A DNA stretch of 64,000 nt, from positions 256,001 through 320,000 of the forward strand of contig CAWHAA010000007.1 of NCBI GenBank assembly GCA_963827275.1, read 5' to 3'. Position 1 is the first letter of the stretch. The number at the start of each line of letters is the position of its first letter. A program made the translations under genes and the position numbers. This document shows, piece by piece, positions 1 through 10,530 of this stretch. The DNA is from an uncultured Spirochaetota bacterium. Its GTDB lineage: Bacteria > Spirochaetota > UBA4802 > UBA5550. Below the pieces are notes generated by a model. It ran no database searches. It saw only the letters and a list, made by a program, of their open reading frames with translations, and was not told the DNA's origin.

Positions 1-829
1 CGTACCGTATGTACCGCAGGGCCCTGAGCGGCTCGATCAGCCGGAGCCAGGCGGCATCGAAATCGCGGAACTGCCGGTAGGCATCAAGGAACACCTCGCG
101 CTGCCGCAGCCCTTCACGGTCCCGTGCCGGCACGAGCATCCACATGTCCTGGACGGCCGGCCCGGTCAGGAAGTCATCGAAATCGAGAAAGAACCATCCC
201 TCGCTTCCGTGCAGCAGGTTGCCGAGATGGCAGTCCCCGTGAATACGGTGGAAGGGGACGCCCTTTGCCAGCGTCCCGTAGATATCCACCACCTCGAGGA
301 CCGCGTTCCGGTACCGGGCCCTGCAGTGCGGCGGAAGGAAATCGTGCTCTTCCAGGAAGGCCAGCGGCTGCAGCCCGTAGGATTCGCCGGTCAGGGCGAT
401 ACGGTGCGCGGCCGTTTTAGCCGCGCCGTTGTTATGGATCCGCGCGCACAACCTGCCCAGTATCCCGATCTCTTCGTCGCTGAGCTCGTCGGGGACCCTC
501 CCGCCGGTCCTGGGCCATATCGCGTAGAGTATCCCCTCGACCTCGCGGAGGGTGCCGCCGCCGGGGAAGGGGAGCGGCGCGCATACCGGGATCTCGTCAC
601 TTCTGAGCTCGTGCAGAAAGGCGTGCTCCTCGAGGATCTGCTCCCTGGTCCACCTGCCGGGCCGGTAGAACTTGCTCACGACATGCGATCCGTCCTCCAG
701 CATGAGGTCGTACACCCTGTTCTCATAGCTGTTCAGGGCAAGGCAGTGGCCGGTCGGCTCGAAACCTCCCTGTTCAACCGCCCTGATGACGATATCGGGG
801 GTCAGGTTAAAGAAAAAATTGCTCATCAT
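1..829 (-). CDS. srkA: Stress-response Ser/Thr kinase SrkA/RdoA (YihE); 3' end runs off the window
   Basis: Absent from the ORF track. Manual minus-strand translation gives MSNFFFNLTPD..LNSYENRVY..KFYRPGRW..ILEEH..IHGDCHLGNLL..LDFDD..GPAVQDMWML..LIEPLRALR, the YihE/RdoA motif set. Confidence 0.92.
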   Translation of the reverse strand, partial: MMSNFFFNLTPDIVIRAVEQGGFEPTGHCLALNSYENRVYDLMLEDGSHVVSKFYRPGRWTREQILEEHAFLHELRSDEIPVCAPLPFPGGGTLREVEGILYAIWPRTGGRVPDELSDEEIGILGRLCARIHNNGAAKTAAHRIALTGESYGLQPLAFLEEHDFLPPHCRARYRNAVLEVVDIYGTLAKGVPFHRIHGDCHLGNLLHGSEGWFFLDFDDFLTGPAVQDMWMLVPARDREGLRQREVFLDAYRQFRDFDAAWLRLIEPLRALRYIRY

Positions 830-924
830 TATTGATCACACATAGACCATGGCGGTTGATAATGCAAACAGATATTTATCCCGTATTGAATTCTTTGCCG
901 CGGACGGCGCGGGCGTTTCCGCCC

Positions 925-1563
925 TCAGGCGGGAAGCATCAGGAGCATCGCGGCGTAATGCAGCGCTGCGCCGGCAAGTATGAACAGGTGAAAAATCTCG
1001 TGGAACCCGAACCTTCCGGGGCACGGGTCGGGCTTTTTCAGGGCATAGATAACGGCGCCGGCCGTGAAACATACCCCCCCGCCGATAAAGAGCAGGAAGA
1101 CACTGGCCGGCATCGCGATGAAGAACTTGTGGATCGGCACCACGGCAAGCCATCCCATGAGCACATAGATGCCCGCCGAAAGCCGCCGGGGCGCGGACAG
1201 GTAGAACAATTTGAAGAAAAAGCCGAAAAGGACCAGCGTCCACTGGGCGGCAAGCATGAACACGAGCCATCCGCCGGCGAGGTAGGCCCAGGACGGCGGC
1301 GTGTAGGTGCCGGCGATCATGAGGAATATCGCCAGGTGGTCGAGCTTCCTGAATACGGTCTCGTCGTTTTCCGCGGTCTTTGATGCGTGGTACAGGGAGC
1401 TGGCGGAGAACAATGCGGTCGCCGAGAGGCCGTATATCAGCATGGTCGCGAAGACGGGGGCATCGCCCCAGCTCCGGTAGAGCAGATACGCGGTGCCGGC
1501 CGCGGCCGCTATCGCGCCGGCGAAGTGGGTATAGAATGATACCGTTTCTTTTTTACTGATCAT
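925..1563 (-). CDS. trhA: Hemolysin III / PAQR family membrane protein
   Basis: About 7 TM segments with SSLYH, LDHLAIFLMIAGTYTP and GFHEIFHLF motifs. Confidence 0.9.
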   Translation of the reverse strand: MISKKETVSFYTHFAGAIAAAAGTAYLLYRSWGDAPVFATMLIYGLSATALFSASSLYHASKTAENDETVFRKLDHLAIFLMIAGTYTPPSWAYLAGGWLVFMLAAQWTLVLFGFFFKLFYLSAPRRLSAGIYVLMGWLAVVPIHKFFIAMPASVFLLFIGGGVCFTAGAVIYALKKPDPCPGRFGFHEIFHLFILAGAALHYAAMLLMLPA

Positions 1564-1610
1564 GTTCGGACCGCCTGTTCCATGTAGTCAGAATAGTCAA
1601 GGTGCGGCAG

Positions 1611-2417
1611 TTACTTCACCAGCAGGAAATAGCATAATACTGCGATGCCCAGAATGATGCGGTAATACCCGAACGGGATGAAGTTGCGCCTGCTGATGAA
1701 CTTCATGAACCCGGCGATGACCAGGAGCGCCACGATGAATGACACGGCGAACCCAACGCCAAGGACCAGGTACTGGTCGCTGGTCGGCGCGGTGTCCGCC
1801 TTCAGCAGCGAGTATGCGGATGCGGCGCACATGGTCGGGACGGCGAGAAAAAACGAGAACTCCGCGGCCACGATCCGCGAAGCGCCGATGAACATGGCCC
1901 CGATGATGGTCGCGGCTGACCGGGACGTCCCCGGCACCATCGCGAGGCACTGGATGAGGCCGATGAGAAACGCGTTCGCATACGTGAGGGAGGCGATCGT
2001 GTTTATCGTGCTTTCCCTGTTTCTTCTTTCAAGGTAGATCAGGACAACGCCGCCGATGACAAGGGCCACGGCAACGGTCACGGGATTAAAGAGGTTCTCC
2101 TTTATGTAGCCGCCCGCGACAAGGCCGATTCCCATGGCCGGTATAACGCCGACGATGGTTTTTTTCCACAGGTCGATCGTCTCCCTCCGTCCGGCGGCGC
2201 CCTTGCCCTTTGCCAGCGGGTTCAGCTTGTTCCAGAAGTACACGACGACCGAAAGGATGGCGCCGAGCTGGATGACGATGTCAAACAGGTAGGCGAATGG
2301 TCCGGTGAAATCGACGAACTGGTTTACGATGATCAGGTGGCCGGTCGAGGATATGGGAAGAAATTCCGTGATCCCCTCAACGATGCCGAGTATGATGGAT
2401 TTTACAATGTCGTTCAT
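1611..2417 (-). CDS. uppP: Undecaprenyl-diphosphate phosphatase (BacA)
   Basis: GIVEGITEFLPISSTGH and PGTSRSAAT motifs. Confidence 0.96.
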   Translation of the reverse strand: MNDIVKSIILGIVEGITEFLPISSTGHLIIVNQFVDFTGPFAYLFDIVIQLGAILSVVVYFWNKLNPLAKGKGAAGRRETIDLWKKTIVGVIPAMGIGLVAGGYIKENLFNPVTVAVALVIGGVVLIYLERRNRESTINTIASLTYANAFLIGLIQCLAMVPGTSRSAATIIGAMFIGASRIVAAEFSFFLAVPTMCAASAYSLLKADTAPTSDQYLVLGVGFAVSFIVALLVIAGFMKFISRRNFIPFGYYRIILGIAVLCYFLLVK

Positions 2418-2541
2418 GGCCCCCGCCCGGTTGTATTACAGATAAATGTTCAAGCCGCCTGAACGGCAGCGGTGCGATGGATGGTCGGCATGATGCCGAT
2501 ATTTGTCAAGAAATTATACCCGGAGCCGCCGGGATTCCTTT

Positions 2542-3990
2542 TCAGATGCCGTAGTCGGACCGGAACGCTTCCAGGAAGCGTGCGGTAAGGGCGCGCGTCT
2601 CTGTAAACAGCTTCCTGTTCGATAGTGTTGATTTGCTCCAGATCCTGAGCCCGTATTTTATAAAATAATTGTCAATGAACTCGCTGACGGCATTGAAGCG
2701 CAGCGTCGTTTTGCCCGGGGTCCGCGTGTTCCATTCAAAAGAGACCATCGACCCCGCGCCATCGTTCGCCTTCAGCATGACGCGGGACACGTCGTAGACC
2801 AGCTGCTCCATGTTGGAGGGCACGAACATGTCGATCAGCCACCGGGGAATGATGTGGTAGTAGCTCCCGGTAATGCGCGTTTTGGAGACGTCCTCAAGGG
2901 CCATGGTCCACTGGCCTTTCCCCGGGGTGTCCCGGTACTTGCACCGGACGACCACGCTGTCCGTGATGAACTTCAGCCCGTGGACATCGTGGAGCATGTC
3001 AAAAGCCATGGAATACGTGATGTCCCGCATCGCCGGCAGGGCCAGCGCTTCGGCAAAGACCGGGTCCCCTTCATCGTTCCACGGTATGAGCATGCCGCCG
3101 CGGGTATTCAGGGCCAGTCCCAGCACGTCGTCGCGGCTGTCAAAGACAATGGCAAGGACGGTATGGCCCCTGTCATTTTTTACTTTCATGTTGATGGAGT
3201 AGAGCCCCTTGATGTTTTTGATGGACCTGGCAAGCTCCGGGAAGTCTTTTTTCAGGGCTTCCAGCCGGTACCCGTACCGGAGGGACAGGTTCGTGTAAGG
3301 AATGCCGTTATGGCTCTTTATCGTGAGAAATGACCGGAGGAGCGAGTACCGGCTGAATAATTCCGACACGCGCGGGAACAGTCTGTAGAATTCATCGATT
3401 ACGTTCCGCGACTCGCCCTGGATGTCGGGGTAGAGGCCGCACGCCGGGGCATGCAGTCTCCGGATGTTTACCGGATCGATCACTTTGAGCAGGGCCTCCA
3501 CGAACAGCAGCGCGTTCCTGTGGGAATAGCGCCCGGTGGCGGTCGTCGAATCTATGGAGCAGATGAAAGACCGGCCGCCGGCTATGCAGGCGCCGTTTTT
3601 TTTCAATGCGTAGTGTGTCGTAAAATCCCAGATGCGGGATTCCGCGCACCGGTCGCTGTTGTCAGTTACAAAGTTCAGCAGGTAATAGGCATCGGTATTG
3701 CATCCCTGGTACGTGAGTCCCCGGAACCCGTTATTCATCTCTTTCAGGTACGGGCTTTCGTAGATTTTGTTGAAATCGAAATTTTCCATGGTCGAGCGCA
3801 TGAATTTTCTCAACGCGTCGGTTTCCGGGTCGCTCCGGTAGTGGACGTCGGTCTTTTCGAGAAGGCCCACGATTTCCTTCACGGCCTCCCTTCCTTTCCC
3901 GCCGGGGACAATGTCCCTGAGCGTGTCATTGAACGTGTAGGCGGCGATGTTCACCCATGAGACGATCGCTGCAATCATCAATCCTGTCAT
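2542..3990 (-). CDS. Hypothetical protein, 482 aa, possibly exported
   Basis: Long ORF with host-like codon use and a short hydrophobic N-terminus; no family recognised. Confidence 0.65.
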   Translation of the reverse strand: MTGLMIAAIVSWVNIAAYTFNDTLRDIVPGGKGREAVKEIVGLLEKTDVHYRSDPETDALRKFMRSTMENFDFNKIYESPYLKEMNNGFRGLTYQGCNTDAYYLLNFVTDNSDRCAESRIWDFTTHYALKKNGACIAGGRSFICSIDSTTATGRYSHRNALLFVEALLKVIDPVNIRRLHAPACGLYPDIQGESRNVIDEFYRLFPRVSELFSRYSLLRSFLTIKSHNGIPYTNLSLRYGYRLEALKKDFPELARSIKNIKGLYSINMKVKNDRGHTVLAIVFDSRDDVLGLALNTRGGMLIPWNDEGDPVFAEALALPAMRDITYSMAFDMLHDVHGLKFITDSVVVRCKYRDTPGKGQWTMALEDVSKTRITGSYYHIIPRWLIDMFVPSNMEQLVYDVSRVMLKANDGAGSMVSFEWNTRTPGKTTLRFNAVSEFIDNYFIKYGLRIWSKSTLSNRKLFTETRALTARFLEAFRSDYGI

Positions 3991-4175
3991 TTCATCAATA
4001 CCGATATGAGGTTGTAATCATATTTTTTCAGATTCGCGTGCGGCTGCGCTGCCGGGGTGAGGCCAATTCCGGGGCGCCCCGGTGCGGCGCGGGCCCTGCG
4101 GCAACGGGGCATTAAACAACGCGGTTGGAAACACGTCTAATACTTTTTGGGAGCGGTAAACAATAATAAGGGGTG

Positions 4176-5108
4176 TTATATTCTCTTGCACATCTTGTTC
4201 TGATACATCAGCTCATCCGCCCGCGCGATCATTTCATCGAGTTCGGCACCCGCGGCCGGGTCCCATTTCACTATACCCCAGCTCATGGAGATGATGTACT
4301 GGTGGTCGGCGTACTCGTTGTAGCTGTTGATGCAGCTGATGATCCGTTCGTCAATCGCCTCGAGGTTCCCCGCGTCAGCGTTGATCATCATCACCAGGAA
4401 TTCATCGCCGCCCCAGCGGGAGATAACATCAGAATTACGAAATACTTTTTTTAAGATGCCTGCCGCGGCGATTATGGCGGCGTCGCCGGCATCATGGCCG
4501 AAAGCGTCATTGATATGCTTCATGTGGTCCAGGTCGAAGAACCCGATGATCATGGCCCGCCCGGTCCGTTTCGCGATATCGACATGCTGGCGGGCGAGAT
4601 GGCGGAATCCCCGTCGGTTATATATCCCCGTGAGGTCGTCCAGCAGGGTTATCTCCTGCATCCGTCTCTCAAGGTCCCTGCTTTTAATGAGCTCCTTCGT
4701 CAGGACCTGGTTTTTTTGGAGCATTCCCATGTCAAAGCGGTGGCGGTGCCTCGTCATCTCGATCTGGATGATGAGCTCCTGGGCGCGGTACGGCTTGAGT
4801 ACAAACCCGTACGGGATCTGGGTTGCGGCCCTGTTTACGAACTGCTCATCGGTGTAGGTGGTGAGGAAAATTATGGGGATGTTGTTCTCATGACGGATCT
4901 TTGCCGCAGCATCAATCCCGTCCATGTCGCCCTTCAGAATAATGTCCATGATGATGATGTCAGGCTTCAGCGTCCGTGCGGCCTGGATCGACTTTTCCGC
5001 GGTATCGACAGTGTCCACCACACTATAGCCGCACTTCTGCAGTGTCAGGCTGATATCATGGGCTATCAATGCCTCATCTTCAACAATAAGAACTTTGTAA
5101 TCCTTCAT
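4176..5108 (-). CDS. Response-regulator diguanylate cyclase (REC-GGDEF)
   Basis: REC domain (IVEDE, IIMDI, KP), then DDLTGIYNRR, I-site RNSD and active site RWGGDEF. Confidence 0.93.
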   Translation of the reverse strand: MKDYKVLIVEDEALIAHDISLTLQKCGYSVVDTVDTAEKSIQAARTLKPDIIIMDIILKGDMDGIDAAAKIRHENNIPIIFLTTYTDEQFVNRAATQIPYGFVLKPYRAQELIIQIEMTRHRHRFDMGMLQKNQVLTKELIKSRDLERRMQEITLLDDLTGIYNRRGFRHLARQHVDIAKRTGRAMIIGFFDLDHMKHINDAFGHDAGDAAIIAAAGILKKVFRNSDVISRWGGDEFLVMMINADAGNLEAIDERIISCINSYNEYADHQYIISMSWGIVKWDPAAGAELDEMIARADELMYQNKMCKRI

Positions 5109-5303
5109 GACTTGTACAAATTATTAATCCATACAGACGGTTATTTTGTATGGACTTATTCACTATCTATATTTTGTCAATATATTTATAAAAAAAATGA
5201 TCATTTTTAATTATTATACATAAAACAACCGGCGGGCTAATAGTACAGTGATATTTGCAGAACTATTCACTCTTTCGTATTGATGATGCCTCTGATCAAT
5301 TCT

Positions 5304-7473
5304 TCACGCCTCGATGGACTGGTCCTGGCTTTCAAGCTTCATGCCGGGCAGGGATATAAAAAATGTCGAGCCCTTCATATACTCCGAGGTGAACCAGATT
5401 TTTCCCTTGTGGGTTTCGGTAATCATCCGGTGCACCACGTAGAGCCCGATACCGGAGATGGATTTTTGCTTGTATGATGACTTTGTCGTAAAATAGGGCG
5501 CGAATATCTTCTTCCTGTCCTCCTCGGCGATACCGATGCCGTTGTCCGTGACCTCTATGAGAATTGAGTCCTGGTCCCGGGTTAGCCGCACGGTTATACG
5601 CGGGTGGTATTGTTTTCGTTCCTCCGTGGTCATGTGGTTTTTCATCTTTTCATTGGTCGCTTCGTACGCGTTATCGATGATGTTGTACATCGCTTCCATC
5701 AGCTGGGTCATTATCCCGTAAATGAGATCGTCATCCCCGGCGTCAAGCGATATGGGGATGTCCTCGATCCCGTGCTTGATCCTGACGAGGTCCTTCGCCC
5801 CTTCCAGCAGCTCCCTGAAGGAGATGCCGGAGAAATAATTCTGCTTATCGTCGGAAAACGTGAAATTCAGTATCCCCTGGATAACGCCGTTTGTTTTTTT
5901 TACATTGTCGATTATCGATTCCCCTATCTCATTTAAGGAACCGAACACCGTCCCGACATCGGGGTTCTGCTCGACCAGCGTTGAATTCCTGCGCATAAAA
6001 TCATCCACCTCGAGCCGTATCTGCATCGCGGCGAGCGAAAAATGGTTGAGCCTGTTGCGGATCTGGTGGGCGACCCCCTCCGCCATGCCGCCGACGAGCG
6101 CGAGCTTTTCAGCCTGGAAAAGCCGCTCCTGGGTGCTTTTGCGCTCATCCATGTAGAGGCAGTTTTCTATCGCAAGCGCGATCTGGTGGGAGAGAATATC
6201 AAAGGTGTCGATGTCATCAGTGGAGTAATACGACCCGTCGATCTTGTTGCCCAGGACCAGGAAGCCCAGCAGGCGGTCTTCGATGAGAGAGGGCACCAGG
6301 ATGCTGGTCTTTGTCAGGGGCGCGCCGGCAACGATGCCGGGCTCCATCTCCGGGGAGACCGGTTTTTGCTGCTTTCGCATAAGCTCGACGACCGGGTCGT
6401 CGTAGCTGAATTTTGCCCCCGCGGCAAAGACGGTGTCATCGCTCGCGCTTGCCAGCCGGAAATATCCGTTGACCGGATCGTCCAGGAAGATCGCAGCATA
6501 GTCGATCTTGATAACGGACCTGACCCCGTACATGACCAGCTTTCACGAGGCGCTCGATATTGTGGACGCGGAGGATCGTCTTGGCGGAGTCATGCAGTAT
6601 CTTCTGGTACTCGCGTTGCCGGGAAAAAATCACGTCCTCCGCCTTCACGTGGAGATAGCGGTACAGGATCGGGCCCATTGTTGCAAGGACGAAGAGCGTG
6701 AAGAAGGAGAGGAACCCGAATTTCGTGTGAAAGCCTATGATGAACGGGATACCGAGTACCATGGCGTATACCGCCAGGAAAATCCCGGTCCGCGAGAGCA
6801 CCACCTTGATGTCCAGCAGACGGTAGCGGGCGATGGCGTATCCCATAAGCCCGACATAGGTCCCGACGAGGATATTGGCGTAGGGAGGGAAATCAAAGCC
6901 GTACCACATCGGCCAGTTGGAGGCGCCGCCAAGGAATCCGATAATCCCCGATACGATAGTATACTTCGTCTGTTCCCGTTTGATCCCCGTTGCTTTTTTT
7001 AAATAGCGCACCAGCAAAATGAAGATATAGAGGGCTTCCCACACCCAGAAAGCGAGATACCCGTTGAACAGCATGGTGGTGTCGGGCCACAGTCCCAGCC
7101 CGTGCCGCGGTTCGAGGCCCGTGTAGAGAAATGGGCCAAGGTTCAGGGCGAGGAATATGGCGTTTATTAGATAATAGGCAATAATTTCTTTTTTTTTCTT
7201 TTCGAAGGTGCTTACCAGGCATAACACATAGTGCAGCAGGGTCACGTTTATAAGGATTATGCCGATAAAGAGCGCTTTGAACCAGAAGAGTGCGGTTGCC
7301 TGTTCATGCGAGAGCTGCCAGAAAAAATATCCGAGGCCGTACAGGCCGACGCTCAGGCTGAAATAAAAGAAGTGCCTGTTCTGCTGACCACGGGGATTTT
7401 TTATGAATACAAATGTGCCGAATACTACACTGGTCAGAAAATTGATGAGACCGGTTATTGCAAGAAACGTCAT
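5304..7473 (-). CDS. Sensor histidine kinase: N-terminal 7TM domain, GAF, HisKA, HATPase (~722 aa); one +1 frameshift near 6541
   Basis: ORFs 6436-7473 and 5304-6533 join (RLVKLVMYGVRSV) if one base is removed from the T run at 6541-6543. H box AHQIRN, N box NIIDNA, DNGIGI, FTTK, GIGL. Confidence 0.88.
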
Positions 7474-8624
7474 GTCGTTTTTTCAATAATTATAAAAAAG
7501 ATTATGTTCGTATCCGTTTCCCGCTCCACGCTCAGGTTGTAACCCCGCATGCCGGTTGATTTCACGAGATCGACGGTTTCCTGCATGTCGCGCAGATGGA
7601 AGGTCCAGTCGCACCACCAGTCCGGGGCGAGGGGGCTGTAGTTTTTTGAGTCCTTATGCGCGAAGACCAGTTTCCCGCCAGGCTTGACGACGCTGAAGAG
7701 GAACGCGATGAGGTCCTTGAGGCGCTGATCGGGGATGTAATCCGCGAGGCCGATCGTATAGACCAGGTCCTGGTCAGTGAGGAGTTTCCTGTACTTATCC
7801 GGCTCCTTGAGATAGTCATATACGCTGTGGCAAAGGGGGGTATATACGACATGCGCCGGGGAATGCGAGAGCGCTTTCAGCGAGAAGTCGATCGCCTCCT
7901 GGTCCTGGTCAACGAGCGTGAATTCGATTTTTTTCGATGCGTCAACGGTGTTTTGCTCAAACAGCTCTTTTATCTCCCGGCATGAACCGCAGGCGATATT
8001 GAGTATCCTGAGCGACGGACCGGGGGCCTCTTTAATGAAGCCGGCGAGCATTTCCCTCATCATCGTTTTCCTGCTCCGGACGGCCCGCGCGTAATCGTCA
8101 TTTAAAAAGCGCTTGTCCGCGCAGTATCCTATGCCCCGCGAGGAGATTTTATTGTCATACACGATCTCAATGATGCCGTAGTCTCCGGCGTATCCCCGGG
8201 GCTTTGAAAAGGCGTGCATCATGATATCTGACTTCATACCCACAGGGATGCCGCATTCACGGAACAGCTGTTTGACTTTTTTTATTAACGCGGGGTCTTC
8301 CAGCGAGTCTTCGAGCTTCTTTCCCTCCTGGAGTATGGCGTCCGTCATGGCTGCAACGGTCCCGCTTGCCGGTTCTTCCTGTAGCCTGCCGTCTTCCATC
8401 GCTGCGTCAAGGGCGAAAATCACCCCCATGTAGTGGGCGGCCTTCTGCCAGAATCCCATTACCTGATCGCGGGCGCTGTCCGTTGAAATTTCATCAAGCA
8501 GTGGAGAAATTTTTTCCAGGGTGCGCTTGCATGCCGACGCGTCAAAATATTTTTCATTTTTTCCCGTGTTCAGGCAATTCTGGAGCTTCTCTTCGGTAAT
8601 GGTCTGATTCCGGGAATTATTCAT
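7470..8624 (-). CDS. Class I SAM-dependent methyltransferase, PhcB-like (3-OH fatty acid methyl ester signal synthase family)
   Basis: KPRGYAGDY motif, ILNIACGSCRE SAM motif, LVDQDQEAI, GLADY, VKPGG. ATG 8624 has an AGGAAAGG RBS; the stop overlaps the kinase start (ATGA). Confidence 0.75.
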   Translation of the reverse strand: MNNSRNQTITEEKLQNCLNTGKNEKYFDASACKRTLEKISPLLDEISTDSARDQVMGFWQKAAHYMGVIFALDAAMEDGRLQEEPASGTVAAMTDAILQEGKKLEDSLEDPALIKKVKQLFRECGIPVGMKSDIMMHAFSKPRGYAGDYGIIEIVYDNKISSRGIGYCADKRFLNDDYARAVRSRKTMMREMLAGFIKEAPGPSLRILNIACGSCREIKELFEQNTVDASKKIEFTLVDQDQEAIDFSLKALSHSPAHVVYTPLCHSVYDYLKEPDKYRKLLTDQDLVYTIGLADYIPDQRLKDLIAFLFSVVKPGGKLVFAHKDSKNYSPLAPDWWCDWTFHLRDMQETVDLVKSTGMRGYNLSVERETDTNIIFFIIIEKTT

Positions 8625-9141
8625 TATGTAACCTTTCCTGTCACTCGTTAAACTTATGATTATAGTAGCAACATTATCACTGCGAGCATCTACTCGCCAT
8701 CGCTTCTGCTGGCCCATCCGCACGGCAGGTTGATAATTGTATATGGTTTATTGTTCGAGAAAAACCGATCAGGCTTGAGGGTAAAGCATTCCAGCGCTAA
8801 ATGCAAGAAAAAATTATTTTTATAGACACAATTGTCTGAAATTTTGATATTTGCATAATATGTTATTATTTTATGTCGCATGATGCTTCACACTTGTTGA
8901 TGGTACGTGGCGTTGAGAGAAACCGGCATAAAAATCCTGCTGCCGCTATCGATACCGAACGGCGGATACCGGTGCGTGATACAAGCAGGGGCATGCTTGC
9001 GTGCCTTACATCAATTATGGTATATGAGCACGGCGCGGCATGATTTGTCAATTGATATTTAACAATCGTTAAAAGTCGTTTTTGGCCTGCTGGCCAGGGA
9101 GCGTTTTTTAGCTTCATGATCACAACGGGTCCCAAAATTTC

Positions 9142-9170
9142 TTGACGGTCACTGAAGATCCCTTCATGAT
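9142..9170 (+). promoter_or_regulatory. Candidate sigma70 promoter for htpX
   Basis: TTGACG-17 nt-CATGAT, followed by an AAGGAG RBS. Confidence 0.4.
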
Positions 9171-9206
9171 ATAAACATAAAAAGCCCCCGCAAGGAGCAC
9201 AGCACC

Positions 9207-10025
9207 ATGCTCATGACTTTTTTTCTTCTGTTTATCCTGACCGCTTTCTTTATCATCGTCGGAAAGATCATCGCGGGGAACAAGGGTATGATCATCGCCT
9301 TCGTTCTCGCCTGCTTCCTTAACCTGGGCGCCTACTGGTTTTCCGATTCGATCATCCTTTCAACGTACCGGGCGCAGCCCGCGCCGGCGGGCCACCGGCT
9401 GGAACGGATCACCCATGACCTTGCGCGCAGGGCGGGCATGCCACTCCCGAAGGTGTACATTTTACCGGGCGCTTCCCCGAACGCGTTCGCGACCGGGCGC
9501 AGTCCCGGTCATGCGGCGGTGGCCGCGACTGAGGGTATCCTCGCGATCATGAATGACGGCGAGCTGTCGGCGGTCATGGCGCACGAGATGGGGCACGTGA
9601 AGAACTACGACATGCTGAGCGGGTCGGTCGCCGCCACCATCTCCGGGGCGGTAATGATACTTTCGCGCACGGCGATTTTCTTCGGCGGCGGGAGCAACTC
9701 GAGCTTCGGGAAGCGGCTTGCCGTGTCCATCCTTGCGCCGCTCGCGGCGACGGTGATCACCATGGCGATATCCCGCGACCGCGAATACAAGGCGGACGAG
9801 TTCTCGGCGCGGCTCACGAAGCGCCCGATGGACCTGGCCGGCGCGCTGCAGAACCTGGAGCGCGGCGTGCGGAGGGCGCCCCTGCAGGACGGCAGCCCCC
9901 AGACGGCCCACATGTTTACCGTCCATCCTTTTTCAGCATCGAGCATCGGCGAGCTCTTTTCAACACACCCGCCGGTGGCAAAGCGGGTTGAACGCCTGGC
10001 TCAACTGGCCAGGGAAATCCAGTAA
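9207..10025 (+). CDS. htpX: Zinc metalloprotease HtpX (M48)
   Basis: PNAFATGR, HEMGH, SRDREYKAD, FSTHPP. Confidence 0.93.
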   Translation: MLMTFFLLFILTAFFIIVGKIIAGNKGMIIAFVLACFLNLGAYWFSDSIILSTYRAQPAPAGHRLERITHDLARRAGMPLPKVYILPGASPNAFATGRSPGHAAVAATEGILAIMNDGELSAVMAHEMGHVKNYDMLSGSVAATISGAVMILSRTAIFFGGGSNSSFGKRLAVSILAPLAATVITMAISRDREYKADEFSARLTKRPMDLAGALQNLERGVRRAPLQDGSPQTAHMFTVHPFSASSIGELFSTHPPVAKRVERLAQLAREIQ

Positions 10026-10036
10026 GGAGCGCGATC

Positions 10037-10447
10037 ATGAACCTGATTTCATCTATCAAGCTGTATCTGATAATGGTGCCGGTATTTTTCGCGGTGGACA
10101 TAGTCTGGCTTGCCCTCATAGCGAAAAATTTCTACCAGAAGCACCTCGGCTACCTGATGGGTGCGTCGGTCAACTGGCCGCCGGCGGTCATTTTTTACCT
10201 GCTCTACATAGCCGGTATCCTGTTTTTCGCCGTTATACCCGCGTTTGAAAAGCAGTCCCTCCTCAGGGCCGTGGGCGCGGGCGCCTTTCTCGGCCTGGTC
10301 GCGTATGCCACGTATGATCTGACCAACTACGCGACCATCCGCGACTGGCCGTTCATTGTGGTCGCCGTTGACCTGGCATGGGGCATGGCCTGCTCGGCGA
10401 TTGTCAGCGCGGCCGGGTATCTGGCCGCAGTGCGACTGTTTTCGTAG
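10037..10447 (+). CDS. DUF2177-like small membrane protein
   Basis: DIVWL, YATYDLTNYAT..W..VDLAWG motifs; about 4 TM segments. Confidence 0.8.
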   Translation: MNLISSIKLYLIMVPVFFAVDIVWLALIAKNFYQKHLGYLMGASVNWPPAVIFYLLYIAGILFFAVIPAFEKQSLLRAVGAGAFLGLVAYATYDLTNYATIRDWPFIVVAVDLAWGMACSAIVSAAGYLAAVRLFS

Positions 10448-10491
10448 GGGGAGGGTGGTCCGGGCCTTTTACAGGGGGATGTACAACCAGC

Positions 10492-10515
10492 AGGCGGGGT
10501 CACGCGACCCCGCCT
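10492..10515. terminator. Perfect 10-bp hairpin between convergent genes (terminator or REP-like)
   Basis: AGGCGGGGTC-acgc-GACCCCGCCT; no clear U tract. Confidence 0.5.
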
Positions 10516-10530
10516 ATGAGTCAGGTCACA

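Noticed and set aside
209..835. 208-aa plus-strand ORF, and similar long shadow ORFs (e.g. 38777-39919, 43769-44821, 36569-37435, 32347-33141)
   Set aside because: Antisense shadows of well-supported genes in GC-rich DNA.
6536..6545. Programmed frameshifting or phase variation in the kinase, speY, the adhesin or mdtB
   Set aside because: The runs are only 2-3 nt with no slippery heptamer or long repeat tract; sequencing error is simpler.
8624..8723. Extended N-termini in the ORF track (8723; also 41591, 58983, 43353)
   Set aside because: Downstream ATGs have a better RBS, signal peptide or family-consistent start.
8630..9200. ncRNA or small gene in the ~570-nt divergent intergenic region
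   Set aside because: No convincing structure, repeat or coding signal beyond promoter-like hexamers.
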